From Antedon mediterranea (Eukaryota; Animalia; Echinodermata): a stretch of DNA of 64,000 nucleotides. Shown here piece after piece: positions 12,805 to 27,800 of this stretch. Under the pieces are notes generated by a model, which did not search any database, was not told the DNA's origin, and saw only the letters and a program-made list of their open reading frames with translations. The stretch spans positions 6,200,001-6,264,000 of the forward strand of contig NC_092671.1 of NCBI RefSeq assembly GCF_964355755.1, in the 5' to 3' direction. Both the position numbers and the translations under genes were made by a program. Within the stretch, counting starts at the first letter, position 1. Every line of letters begins with the position of its first letter.

Positions 12805-15800
12805 GTAAGCTGGCTGATTGGGCAGCTTTGAGTGAGTGAGTGAGTGCTAAATATTTTTAAAAAATGTAAATATTTGTATATTATATAAATAAGCAACAAC
12901 TACGTGTGCCTCTTTGTTTACTTTTGTAACACCCTGTTGTTGGATACAATAGAATGCAGTGCTGGTGTTCTGCGAGGAGAGTCATCAAGACTTTACAGAT
13001 AAATTAAAATTAAGAAATAAAAACCTACAGTATCATAAAGGCGTGTATTTAGTTGATTTGATTCAGTTTCCCAGGCTAGACTACAACATCGATTGATAGA
13101 TAGCATTCATTTATTTATTAACAATTGGAAAGCAATACAGTACTAGCGACGCAACACAAGGACGTAACGCAACGCAAGTGAATTGACCAATCACAAGCGA
13201 TGGCTTATTCGCTTGTGATTGCCAACTATCTATAACTTCGCTTGTCATTGGTTAAAACGCTTGCGTTGCGTTTACGTCCTTGCGTTACGTTCTAGTGGGA
13301 ACCAAGCTTTACAGTATTGTAATATACATCTATAGTGTGATGTAGAGTGTGTACAGTAAATAGATAGTGATTTGTTTTTTAATTTCTTTATTAAATGTTT
13401 CATGGCTTGAATGCATATTTTGTGGAATTTCTCATCTGTTTTACCATAGACCATAGATTTATTTGCCAACATTTAAGGACATTTTGCAAAAAATTTAGTA
13501 TTAAATTGTTGCCGTTTGAATTAGTAATTAAAGTAAATCTGTAAACTACAATACAAAACCTACATTTTTTTATTGGATTCACCTGAAAATTTCTCCTGTG
13601 AATACATTGACCAACATTAAAATATGATGGTCTATTTATAGACAAACGCGCTTCATTGTATTCTTTGTATCGACCTTGGATTCATTATACATTATTCAGA
13701 AGTATTCTCATAGTACACAATATCATGTCTGTATTCATTCATTCATCAGTACATTCTCTCTATTTAAATAGTGCAATATTAGTTTGTAAAGTTGTAAGAT
13801 ATTATAGAAAACAATATTCAAGATCTAGAGTCCAGTTAGTAACTGTTTTGACAGTGGCACAGTTTGGTCTATGAATCGCATGAAGTAGTTTGTGCGTTAT
13901 GGGACGCTACAGACAGGCTACGACATTGATTGAATAGGTTGCTGGGATGCTTATAACTTCTTGACCAATACTGTAGTTTTAAAAACATGTTCTAGGTGCT
14001 CTTCAAGTATGCCGCAAGGATTTTAGTGAATTTGAGAATGGCAATTTCTTTGAACCGGTTGTTTTGTCCACCATAGGCGTTAGATTAGATCGATTTAATT
14101 TATACAGTAACATAAATGAAATAAATGTCATACAACAACTTTAACTAAGGAATACTGTACCAATGGACATCAGAAAACGTAATCGCCTTCAAAGTACGAC
14201 TAACTTTGTCAAGCATTATTACATTATTTTTATGGATACCGGCACTATTATAAGTCAAATTGATTGATTGATAAGGGTACCTTCGTGTCGGGCTGCCACC
14301 AACGCTGCTTATTTGTTTTGTATGTGTAAAACTTGTGTCCTTATCGAAGAAGACCTACTGTAATCTACAGTACCACCAGAACTACAGTATGAGTGAAGAG
14401 AGCCTTGAACCTCTGCAGATTTGATTATGGCTGTGAATTAATCGCTTGGTGAATCTAACAGTAACAGTGTAATATTGTGTGATATTGCTAATACCTCATG
14501 CAAGTTTTCTTCAAGATTTCACACTCTACTTTGAGAAATCTGTAGCCATAAAGTTGAACAGGATTCCTCAGTGGACTAGCATTTCTTTGAAAACCAGGTT
14601 ATTGTGTTATTTTTCATCAGTGCTGTATTGGAGTTCTTGCATTTATGCTAGTAAAATCCATAATTAAATAATACAATGTTGTGAAAATACATGCAGAATT
14701 GGTAACAGAATGAAAGATTAGAGTTATTTAATTCTATGTTCGCACTGGAGTTATATAGCGTATCTAGCGTACAGCGTTAACATTTAGGTCAAATTGTACT
14801 CTGCAGAGACCTACAAGATGTTCAGACACAGAGAAATGCTTATCGTTACAACAGAAGCACATTTATTTTTGCATATTCATGATCTCACACCCACGTTTTA
14901 TTTATTCTTTACTCTGTACTCTCAGCTCTCAAAATGAGTGTTCAAATAAAAAATGAGTCTTGCACTAAAACGCTAAAATGCCATGGGTGTGAACAGGGCC
15001 TAAGAATAGCAATCTCCTCCAGTCGCAGTGCCATTGTGAATTCAACTTTAACAAATGTTCTAATGTCTACAAAACACAGACATGACAAACAACCTGTTAT
15101 ACCTGAACCTATGCAATTAACAACAATTATCTGCTTGATTAATTATGCAAATTTACAGTTATATCAACTTTTGTGAATTTAATAGCAAGACCTTTCTTTG
15201 TGTATTGTGGGCTAGGAAGCAATTTACTACAGTATGTTCTTTGTGAAAATCAAGAAATTCAAGAAATGAATTTTTAGATTAATCTCATGTTCATTTTATA
15301 GAGGATTAGTGATAAATTATTCTGGAGTGCATTCAATTTATAACTTTTTTCACTCTGGATACAGATGAATCGTAGTACAGTAACTATATATTTTTTTTTA
15401 TATAACACCTATATAAATTCCTGTCATTTGATTGGACGAATGTGGGTCACATGGCGTGCAATAGTACGCACTATTCAACGATCGTTAAATAGTACTTTTT
15501 GAAACATTTTTGTGTACGAAAAAAAAAACGTCTAGATGTTATATAAAACAAATAATGAATGTTTTGTATTCGTGTAATGGTACAAATAATGGCACTTGGT
15601 GAATGATGAAAGGTTATATCAACTCGGCTTTGCCTCGTTGATATAACCTTTCATCATTCACCTCGTGCCATTATTTGTACCATTGCACTCATAAACATTC
15701 ATTATTTGTATACTATACAACCTGGCATGACTGTACATATTCTTTTATACAATTATTACATATTATACAATGTATAATCTTGCAATGTTTTAATCTTGCA

Positions 15801-18800
15801 CAATGAAATACTAATAGGCATTTAACATCCGGTAGATATCTAAATTATTAATTTGGAACCTTTAATATTCCAGGGAGAATTTCTTTGTGTGTTCTTGCAC
15901 ATATCAAATCATCTGACAAAGTGATCCAGACTGAGGTAGTATATTTCCAAATGAATTGGAAACATGTGCTGTAAAAAACAAGTTGTATTTTTATAATTGA
16001 ACCTGGTGGAAAACATTTTTTTTATTTAAAAAAAAGTTGCTATTGTGCTAGGATTTTAAGAACAATTAAACTGATACATTTATTATTGTCTTCCTATATC
16101 AATATAGACACTGTACTGTACTAGTTAAACAATGTTATAATTTGTCAAACTTCAATCATAACATTTTTATATTGGAAATCAATTTCATCCATTCAATTGA
16201 TTTGAATTATGTAATCAACTCGTTTGAATGTTTTTGTTTCCTATATTTGACATTTGACCTGCTGTTTCATTAAACTAAAGATATTAGGTTAATAAAGAGG
16301 GCGACATAATCCTTGTGTTGTGAGGGTGTAAACAAGTATGTTTATGGAAAACGTTAATACTAAAATTAATTTAAATGTGAATTAATTATTTTATTTAATT
16401 GCTAGGTGTATTATTTTAGATCTTTTTGTCTAAACAGGCTCTTGTTTGTATACAAAATTACAAATAGAAGTATTAAGATTATTTGAGGAACTTAACATTG
16501 TTAATTAATGTGTATATTATTATTGAAAAATGATATAATTGTAATTTTAAGAAATCACCACTACAGGGCTCCAAATATCAATATGAAATTATTGTTCAGT
16601 AGAATAGCAATTTTATTTTAATATATCTGACACAAATGGGAATACCATAGTAACGACAATTTCGTCATGGTAACCAATGTCCATTTATATTAATCGGATT
16701 GCAAAATGATCTATATAAGCAAGATATAAGTACGAAAGTAGGAGTGCAATTTGTTATGTAATTTCTTGTACAAGATAATAAAAACAATTAATTATCAGAC
16801 TTGTGACATGAACTGTCTTGGCTAAATGCAAACATGTGATTGGTTGACATGTTTGACCGTTGAAATGACCCTTCAAACATCTTGTATTATAATTTGTTTA
16901 AACCAATGATGGGAATATAGTATACAGTACACTGTACTTCCATTATTTACACATTACATTTCTTTGATATGACGACAACTACTGTAGCTTTCCATACCTG
17001 TATATGACTACTGTAGCTTTCCATACCTGTATATGACTACTGTAGCTTTCCATACCTGTATATTTCATCTATGGGGTGCTATCCCATTGCTCAGAAATTT
17101 ATTTATTCATCTCAAACTATCTGTTGTACAATATTAACTGGGGTAACTCTACTGTACGTGAGATCACATGTTTCAGAAATTCCAAATAATTAATCATTAT
17201 TTATTTAGGATTTAAAAATTTGTTTTTTTTTTTTTTTTTTCAACTGTAAATGTCTAATGTACTGTGATTTTTTTTGGTGTATTTTTCAGGTTGTTGTTTT
17301 GTCACATATTATCTTAGGAAAGATGCCTTAGTAGCAAAAGAAAATTTACACAATAAGAAAACACTACCAGGGGTAAGTTTTAAAATAGATGATACAATTA
17401 AAACGGCTGAAAAAAATATGTTTTAAAACCAGTCAACCCTCCAAGGACAATCCTTATAACGTGTATAATTCTATGCTTGTTGAGAATAATCGCGCCCCCT
17501 AAATCAGGCTAAATTTGTACACAAGACTTTGGACAATTCCTTCCAATTTCACAGTTTAGGCCGCCTGGAACTATACTCAGTCATATACGGTAATATAACA
17601 AATACATGTGAATTATGAAAGCAAAGAAATCTTTTCTTTAGGCTTATGTTGATCCTAATATAGAGGGCGCTATATTATCTAGATATAAAAAGAAGATCCA
17701 ACAGCAATCAGACTGTCAACTGAAAGTAGTTTGTTACTATTTATAGTTTATCCTAATACAACTAGTTTTTTTCCCTACGAACAAGATTAGTTTTCTTTTT
17801 AAATATATTTAAAATTGTTATACTTTTTATTACTCAAATTATATCATTGTCCATTAGTATTATTAAAATTTGTTTTGGGCCTGGCATTCTTTGTTGTGCC
17901 GAGTTACTAGTTAAGTAAAAATTATTGAGTTTTTTTGGGAGTAAAATCTAGCCTGTTTTATAATAAATTACATGTATTGTTTGAGATGAAACAATGTCGG
18001 CTTGTTTGTGAAATAGTTCAACTGTAAGTAAAAGAAGTTAAACAAAGTATTCATTAATTAATGAAACAATGGCAGCTTATACAGTAAGTAAAAAGAGAAT
18101 ATTGTAGGTTTTTTTATGAGCTGCCATCGTAGAACTGGGTGAAAGTCTTCGACTAATCTGTAGGCTGTGCAACCTCTCCCACCTCACATCAGCAAAATTA
18201 CATCCCTGGGCCAGTATTTAGTTTCAGTATCTTACAATCAGCAGTCACAAGATAGATCGTTCGTTTGATTTTACATCTGAAGTGAGTGATTTTTATCTTT
18301 ATCGACACATAAGTCATTACAAGCACTGGATCATCCGTCAGAGGGAAATTGATATGCACATCTCTGAACATAAATTCTGTTAGTTGATACTCAAATAAGA
18401 AATCATGATCATCATGGGAAAAACTTCCTATAAAATAGATGATACAATTAAAACGGCTGAAAAAAATATGCAATTATTAAAACTTGCAAATTCACAATTT
18501 CCTGTAATTTTTTTTTTGTCTAGAAACTATATTTCATGCTTTTGACTAATATCTATGCAACTTGATGTAGCTTATTGCTTAGTCAAAAATCAATATTTTA
18601 CCATGGTTACTAACTCTCTATTTCCACCCTCAATCTCATATTTGCCAACATTTTAATTGGCATATATTAGCGTCCATTAATCATCTACACTCCTCAAATT
18701 TTCTGTTGATTAGGTTCAAATTAACGACGGCACAACTGCGACCTTTAGAGATCGCTTTCCCTCATTGAAATTTGATATTCTAGTAATAACAACATAAAAT

Positions 18801-21800
18801 AAGTTCAAAGAAAAAGGACAACTCTGACGTTTTGGATTATAAAGATTGTTAGTATTACTAGACATCAATAGTATGCTTGTTTCGAGCGATATTTACAGAA
18901 TTTTGTTTCAAATTTTCACATTTGGTACTCTATAAAATGTATACTTATTCATGCTTGATTACATATGTTTTATTCACATTCCGGTAGTTTTATTTTATGA
19001 TTTATCACGTGTGAAGTAATCGCGTTGTTCTTTTCTACGTGCATACTAAATGCTCTTAAAAGAGAGAAATTAAACAAACAAAAGATAAAACATGCAGATA
19101 CTTTTGGCTGGCTGACTCATTACATTTTAGTGAAATTCAAAACTTGACCTACTAAATTGGTTAAAAGGAATACTTGATGTACCTAAATTACCCATTGAAA
19201 ATTAAGCAAACTAGCACAATATATAAAAACATAAATTTTGTATGAAACATTTTTTTTTGTATCTTTTCAGATGAAACATCCGGTACAAATGAAACCAGCG
19301 GATAGTGAAACGAGAAGTGGTAAGTACCGTAATTGATGACCGATAAATAATGTTTTTATTTTTTTACGTCAATAATTTAGTGGTTAATACACTGTAAACC
19401 TCTCTAATCTTAACATTTTCCCTCTCATGAATATACATCATCTAATAAATATTATACAAAGTTGCAGTACAGATGTGGGTTTAGTACATACATCCTAAGC
19501 ATACCGTACACACCTTATACTGCAGAGAAATTTGTCTACAAAGTGATCTTTTTCTGCCTCCTACTAAATTCTTAGTTACTGTATCTAAATTTGTCTAGTA
19601 TCTTAGGCAAATTTCATGATACAGCATATCATGTGTTTAACATGTGATACCTGTATCATAGAACCCGACTCAAGCTAGTAAGCTTCCATAATACCGACAT
19701 CACATGTAATACACCTGAGATACTGTATTATGAAATTAGCAATAGCATACTGGACAAATAGTTTTATGTTGAAAACCTAAACTTAAGTAGCTCACGGTAT
19801 CTAAATTTAGCAGTTATCTTATGAATTATTGTAATTATACAAATTATAAATTAATATTTATAATTGCAGATGGTTACTTTAAATTTGCACTTTATAAAGT
19901 GTATCATGTGTATATCATGTAACTTAATTTACTCTCTGGTATTTTTTTTTTTGGTTGTCAAAAATTTCAATCACTCATGTTTCGAATTTGCCTTTAGCAT
20001 TCACTTTTGTGAAAGAAAATTGGTTTGAGAGTGTGTTTTTGTTGTGAATTTTGAATTGGTTACAATCTAATATTGTGACTTGTCGGTTTGTTACTGTCAC
20101 GTTGTGTTTGATTCTTCTGAAATGACTGAAAATGGCAATGAATAGTAGAACATCCTAGAAATGGAAATGAATAGCCTGGGCTAGTTTTATTAGTAGATAA
20201 TTGTAACAAATGTCGATGTTTGTTTTAGTACTTGGGAATGGCCTGTAAAATCTCCCAATTACAGGCCGTTTTGGCCAGTACATTTTTCACAGAAAATGTT
20301 TATAACATACTATAATAATAACGTCTTTAAAACAAGGTTTGTGTTAAAATATTAATTAAATTCGGTCAAGTATGTAAGTTTTCTTAAGGATGACCGCTGG
20401 TTTATGGCTAGATGTTGATGAATTACGGTTTGTTTGTATGGTTGAAATGGCTTAAAGCTTTCCTACAGATACAAAGTTAATGTACTATTATTCCGTTATT
20501 CCTTGAGCAAAGATGTTAATGTAATGAAAAAAAAATTCTGACCATTTATCAAGATTAAAAAAAGGATGAGTATTCATTTAATGGCTAAGTATAAAAGCTT
20601 GGAAGATTATATATTAAAGGTTTCCTTCAACAAGGCCAATGAGCAATTTCAATAAATTACTTTTTCTTAAAAATCTTGAATGAACTCAATATTTAAAAAG
20701 ATGACTTCAATTTCATTCGTGCACGTTCAAGATTGGCGTATCCTTGTGTTTGTGTTGTCGCACGAACATTCTCTCTAGATAAATTTATACGAGTCTGTAA
20801 ATCTTCCTATATGTATTGTGAAACTGAAACGACTTAGATATGTCCTGAAATCCTTAAAATAATATTTTATTAAAATTATTTTTATATTAGCGTTAATTAA
20901 AAATGAAAATAATTTAATAATGACATACATGAAATATGAAATACCCCGTCCACCCACTTATCATGTTTTATCTTTCTATATTTAGTTTGCCAACAATAAT
21001 AAATGACTTTCTTGTATAATTGTCATATTTTATCAAACCATCGCTAGTCTGCAAGATTTATTTCACCCCCTAAGAGAGAAAATATATCATGTGAATTTAA
21101 TTCATAACTAAAAAATACGAAGGGAGATACTGATTATTAAGAATGTCGCCGTATTTTTAATTTTGAACTGTTTAGAAGCAAAGACTATTTATAAGTCTGA
21201 AAGAAATATTTTATTTTGATTATTTAGAATAAATTTTGGATATCCATGAGATTATCAATGTAATTGACAAAGTAAGCCTTGTTTCATGTCATGTCAAGAC
21301 CAGCATGAAAACATAATGTTCAGATTTAGAATTTTAAAAAATCATTTAAATTCACATCAGGTTTTGGCACAATGTAATGGGAACAGTTCATTACTAATAT
21401 TAAATTTGAATAATGTAATTTTAAATATTCAAGTTAAGAAGGATTGAATTGAGGACTTGGTATATATATTTCTCTTTTCACGTCATAAACTTTCTATTTT
21501 TCATTTTGAGAGAAGCCCAATGACTAAAAGGCAACTTCAACTATAGCCCTTTTCACATCACATATTACAAGTTGTAACACCGCTTGATTTCCAGCCTTAT
21601 TACATGTTTTCACACACGCATACATGAACCTTAAAAAGTCTCTGGAGAAAGCATAGTTCTGGGCATATTTGATTACTATGATTGGTCAGTTTAATACTAA
21701 GGCAATACACAAAGAACTCGCGACATCTCGGAGCAAAAACCAGCACCTCATAAGTGTATTTTTTACAGGGATCCCCTTTCTTTCTCCACAAAGTTGTATT

Positions 21801-24800
21801 CACACTATGCAAACCTTACTTACCTTACTTTTGAAGTAGCCAACTATAGAGTTATACAGTACAGTTGTATGTTGTTGACAAAAAACATGTGCGTTACAAA
21901 ATTAGTGTGTAGGTGGGATAGTCACGCAAGTTTAATGTTTCATGAATGTGTGAAATGAAAAGATTTCTTGTGTTAATGTTTGAAATAAACATTAATGTCA
22001 TCAGATTCTAGTATTCATTTGCTATGAATGAATGCTGTCATAGTCTATGCTATAAAATATGCAACAAAAAAATCATGAGTTTGCTACAATTTAATTTGAA
22101 AAACATGTTCCGTTGATTTCTAGTTTAGTTGCTTGTAAGTTGCCATCTATTCAAGAGAAATGAATCTCTTTTTTTTCTGCTTGTCCGACTTTCATTAGTT
22201 TTCTCTGAAAATATTTTTCTGTAAGCATTAAGAAAATCATGTGAAAAGATTCAAATAACGTTTAATTGTAGCCGATTCAAAGAATAATTTAAATATTTTT
22301 TTTAGCATCATTATGTAAAAACTTACTTTTGAATATAGGCCTGTAATACTATAATACTATATATAATTGTGTAGTTGATGATTTCTGTGGTCACTATGTC
22401 ACCACGTAGGCATAATAATACTGTAGTACCAAATATTAGATGAAAATCTTCCATAGTTTATATTTAGAAATGCCATATTTATACGATCCAATGTCGGATT
22501 AGTGGTTTGCTGTTAACTGATCTTTACAATTCTCTCTCCGCCGATTTAATGTCAAAACGATTATTTGGATATTGAATTCGCATGTAAAACTTGATCCCGC
22601 TCAGCTCGTAATACGCGATAACGATATGGACCTCGCCAAACACATTATCTGAAAGAAAATCTTTAAAATACGTGGTATTTCACATTGTTTTATATATAGG
22701 CAAAGCCCATTGTTTTTGTTTTCTGCATATAAACACTAGATGTTGTAAGATAATGAAAACAATTTGGAATATAATTACCATGCGTTAATATTTTTGTTAT
22801 GTTATTGTTCATACGTGATAAATGTACATCAGAAATGTATCATTCACATTTCACTACTTTCGTAATTTAAACATACTTCCATATGATTTTTTTTTTATTT
22901 TCCAGCTGAAGAGCGAAAAATTTTCATTGGTATGATTGCAAAGAAAAATGATGAGAATGATATACGGTTAATGTTTGCGCCATTTGGAACGATAGAAGAC
23001 TGTACGGTGTTAAGAGAAAACGGAGGAACTAGTAAAGGTATTATCAATCAATAATATTCTAAAAATGTTTTTTGAATGGAAAAATAATGTAATTAATTTG
23101 CATAATACTCATTAAGTGAACAATATCACTGGCAAAACATGGTTAATGGATTCTTAATTCCATGAAAAGATCCGCACAAATTCATTAAATTATTTTTAAA
23201 GTGTATAAATTGGGAATTCAGATAGCGTGTTTGTAACCTACTGTATCCCACAAGATGAGCATTTTAATTTGTGTACGTATTCTGAAATTAAATCAGCGTT
23301 CTATTTAAAATATAATTAGTTCGTTTAAATTGAGAATGCTGATTAGGAATGTATGTCAGTCAAGGTCATGTTCTACATTACATGGACAAACATTTCTTTA
23401 AAATGTTTACGAGAGTGAAAGAAACATTTTTCGTGCACTTGGGAGAATGTTTCCTCTCATAGACGGTTTGAACCAATGCATGTTGTCTTTAGTAATTATC
23501 CATATGTTGCCACCCAGTAGTGTTGGCTACCTCTCATCACATAAAATGATAACAAAAATTAAATTAAATTTTTTACAAATTATATTATGCCCATCTCCGC
23601 CCAAGTACTGTACATGCATGCTAAATCATTTGGTTTTAATAGAAGTGAAATTGAATCATATTTTTATTTGTTCTGAATCTGTTGTTTCAATATTAATTAT
23701 TAAATTATCGTTAGATTATTTACAGTTGACTAAATGTTATCCTATATTTAGAAAATCCTTTGTGAATGTTCTAAATAAAAATGTTTTATCGGCTAATATA
23801 ATCGATAGATATAAACTTGGCTGACTACGTTTGATTAAGCATATTATTAATTGCTTATATTGCTCAATGCATTTTAAACGGAAAAGAAAATGTGATATTT
23901 AAAAACGAACTTATGAAGTAGTTGATGCCCGGTACAAATTAATCAGTAATGGTACTGTATCTACAACATTTGGATAGAGGGGCTTTTTATCCAACCGAGA
24001 CAATTATTGTGCAGTGAAGGAAAAATTAAGCTTTTTATTGTAAATTATAAGTAATTCAAAATTCAAGACGGCAAAGATTTGAAAATATTTATAATGAAAA
24101 TAAGAACTTGTCATGCAATGAAAAAGAATTTGTCATGCAATGAAAATGAATTGTCCTAAACCAGACTCGAGCCCAGGCTTTCTGCTGTGTACGTTCCATT
24201 TTAACTTGGAAGAACTTGATCAAGATTTGATCTGTACTGTATAAACAGTACAGTACTTTGGAAAATATGTGCACTCTGAAACAACATTTATTTGAAATGT
24301 TGCTAAAAGGGTTGGGTTAACTAACAGTTGCATTAGTACACACAGTGAAGTAGAATTTGTCAATTCTGGGTCTATTTTAAAGTGTTGGCTAAACAAAGTG
24401 TTGTTCAAAGTGTTGCTGCTAAAATAAATGTTGTATTAACCATGAGAGGTCGTTTATAATTGCATTGGGTGCTTCTTGCTTCTGGGGGTAAACTTGATTA
24501 TTTATTCTTGTGTGTTATTGTCACATTGTTTCAGGGTATATTTTGTCATACAGTTTTGTTTAATGTATTATTACTAAAGTGTTATTTCGAACAGGATGTT
24601 AAAATTGACTTTAAGAATAAATGCTTACAGATGGAGATTGTAAATAGGTTATAGATATTTAGTACAATTATCCATGTGTGTCTACTGTATGACCAAAAAA
24701 ACTTCCTAAAGTAAATTTGTTATTTTGCCGAACTTGTTTAGTAATTAATAAAAAAAGATTTTTAAAGAAAACAAACCATCCTGCCGAAAACAGAAATATG

Positions 24801-27800
24801 GAAACAATTCAAGCGAGGAGGAAAAGATCTAAAATTACACAAAACCAGGGTCAGTAATTATTTACATCAATTTAACCATCATTATCATATTGTCATTAAG
24901 CTTTCTTTTTATTTATACTTGTAAAGTTGCTAATTATGATTGATTAAAAATCATTGAAAAGTGTTTTTCTTAACATACGGTATTGTATTATTTTAAATAT
25001 TGAGATTTCTCGTTAACTAAATCATATGTGCAATTGGTTGATTAGTAGGAAAGCATGGACGTTGATGATTTGATTATTAACCTTATGTATATATTAAATT
25101 ATCAAATGTTGTAGGCGCTGAATAAAGGTTGTGCTTATTGCTGTAATTGGTCCAGTGACCTTGTGTAGATATTAAGATTGATTGAGTTTTAAAACATGAC
25201 TAAAAATTGATATATTTATCACTTTGCTTCTTGTTATCGCTATGTTTGCTTATTATTTCAGTATATTAGCATTTTTAAATCAGCTTTTTAAAAGAAAAGG
25301 GAAAAAAAACAACCAAAAAAAAGTACAAAAATGATAAATAATTGTATAAATGTTTTTTTTTAAGTATGCTATTTTTAAATTGATTCGTAATCAAATACGT
25401 TAATATTCCATCTAATGACATTTAAATGTCAGAATTTAAAATAATCATAATTTTAATTTAGTACCTTGGTTCAAGTTTAGTATCGTTCTGGGAACCTGAT
25501 TAGTGTGCATGCCTTTTGGCTGTTTTTAAAAACTAGGCTAAATGATCTCATAGGAAGAAGAAAAAAAATATTAAATTACGGTTTGAAAATTGTATCATGT
25601 TTAATTTCATACTTTTTTTTGTAGATTAATTGTACAATTTATTTCATACTTATACTTTACCTTGTCAAAGAACATTTTATTTTTGATAAATTGATCGAAA
25701 ATAAGCATTAAGTATAATAATATTATAATACAGATTGCTTGATTATTTTGTTGGGAAAAAATAGTTTTCCCTTAATTGATTTTTTTTAGTTTATTACGTT
25801 CGACTCAAGTTTTATTAACTAGAATAAACCAATATAAAATTTTGGATAATTGTTTTGTGTGACATACATTTTGTAAAAGGTCATACGCAAGAAAAGAGAG
25901 AAATCATCAATTACGGATTTCAATAAAAGCCGTGTTTAGTACATTAACTGTAATTTTGGAAGGCTGGTTTTAACATAGTACCTGCACCCTAGACAAATTA
26001 CTACATTTATCCTGTTTTGGTGTTACTACTACAATACTTGATCTATTGATTGATGCAGTGTCTGTTGAATACTATAGAAACCAGAAGGGCACAAAGCTTA
26101 CAAGATATACATTGTCCCCCTTTTAAAAATGTTTTGTGCTGAATTTTCCATTTTAATGTCACGTAATAGTTATTCACTTTGACCAAAAATTGAATCGGAA
26201 AAAAAATATATCCGAAAAAAACTTACATTTAAAGCAAAGATACTGTAGACAACTTGATGGGAAGCAAGTCAACAGGTTTTTTTGTATTAAAGTGATTGAT
26301 TTAGAACTGCAAAATTACCTAAAATTCTTTTTTTTTAATATTCATGTTTTTGGGAGACAATACATCTTTAATCTGAGATCTTATCTTTAGATGCATGCTG
26401 GACATTCAACTCATAGCTTACTGTACATTATGTATGGGTACCTGAATATTCCAAGTGCTAATAGAAAAATAAATTGTCTGGGTTAACAACATCTTAGATG
26501 AAAACACTCTGAAGCATGCGAAACTAAACTGTAATTAAGAAATTTTAGTTAGTTAACATTCAGTTAGTTCATTCTGCACTTTTTCTATTCCGAATTGCGA
26601 AACACACAGGGGCTAGTGTGCAATTCTTGTTTTCGATAAATTTATCTCACTCAAAATAAGAAGAAAGCTGGCTAGCACTGAACTAGTATTATTCATACAG
26701 TAGACCTATATACATTAATTGCATTGTTATAGCATAATATGGTTAAAATTCAAATTCTTAAATAATGCAATTTGGTAATTATGATATTGACATTTAAAGG
26801 CATTTTTAAGCAATTTATATTCTTTTGATAAGTAGATTTAAATGCCAGAAATGATCAACCTTTTATAATGTGTAACGCATCGATAACACCAGTTGGAGCT
26901 GGCAATTTCTTTTGTTTCACGTCGTTGCAATTGGACATGGATAGTTATTTAAGTTTGATACTCTAGGCCAGACATACAGTAATCCAGTATATTCCAAGCA
27001 AGCTAGACCATTCTGAACTACAGATGTACTTTACTCCATGGGCTAATTATATGATATTTACCCTTTAAATGAGAGATCACATGAGAATGTTTTTAAAAGT
27101 CCTATTTCCTACGCTTTGTAGATCTAATTTAAGGTCACATTACTACATTTAATGTAAATATAAATACTATATGGTCCTATTGAGATAACTTTTTTCGTCT
27201 GTAAATGGTTAAAAATGTACAGTTAGGCTAGGCCTAAAGACCGTCAACATTCACCGTGAGCTACAGTACTTAGGTAGTGCATTGTTTCTCTCTTTTTATC
27301 ATAATTTACGATAAAACGTACATTTAAGACCAGCAATGACCTGGTTTAATGTTTTTAAAGTAATATATATAATATGCATTATTTTTACAAAACGTTTTTA
27401 TACATTACTTTATCAAAACCATTTGCGGTAACCTTCCTTAAAACATCATGTTTATCTGGAGATTCATTGGAACGAATGTTGTGATGACATAAGTGCATAT
27501 CAACACGCTACATGAATTGCACCGTAAAATTGTCGATAACACTAATATTATACATGTCACAACTACCACTTCTTTCTAACAGTATTTATTCTATTTAGTC
27601 GATATAAATTCAATTAGTGTCTCGCGTTTTGGATCTCTTGCGGTTACCCTTTCCGGCCAGTCATTTAGATTTTATAAACATACGGCACTATCCTTTCAAT
27701 TCGTGTTTATTTAATTTTCATTTTTTTTTTGAATAAGAAGAAATTGAATTCTGTCGTTTAAAACAAATATATAGTATATTATTGGATTATCATTGATGTA

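Noticed and set aside
18198-18473. 91-aa minus-strand ORF in the duplicated-flank segment
   Set aside because: No recognisable motif. Kept only as part of the insertion finding.
24102-24146. ~21-bp tandem duplication; also (TAT)n near 53100-53150 and 60345-60370
   Set aside because: Trivial slippage repeats.
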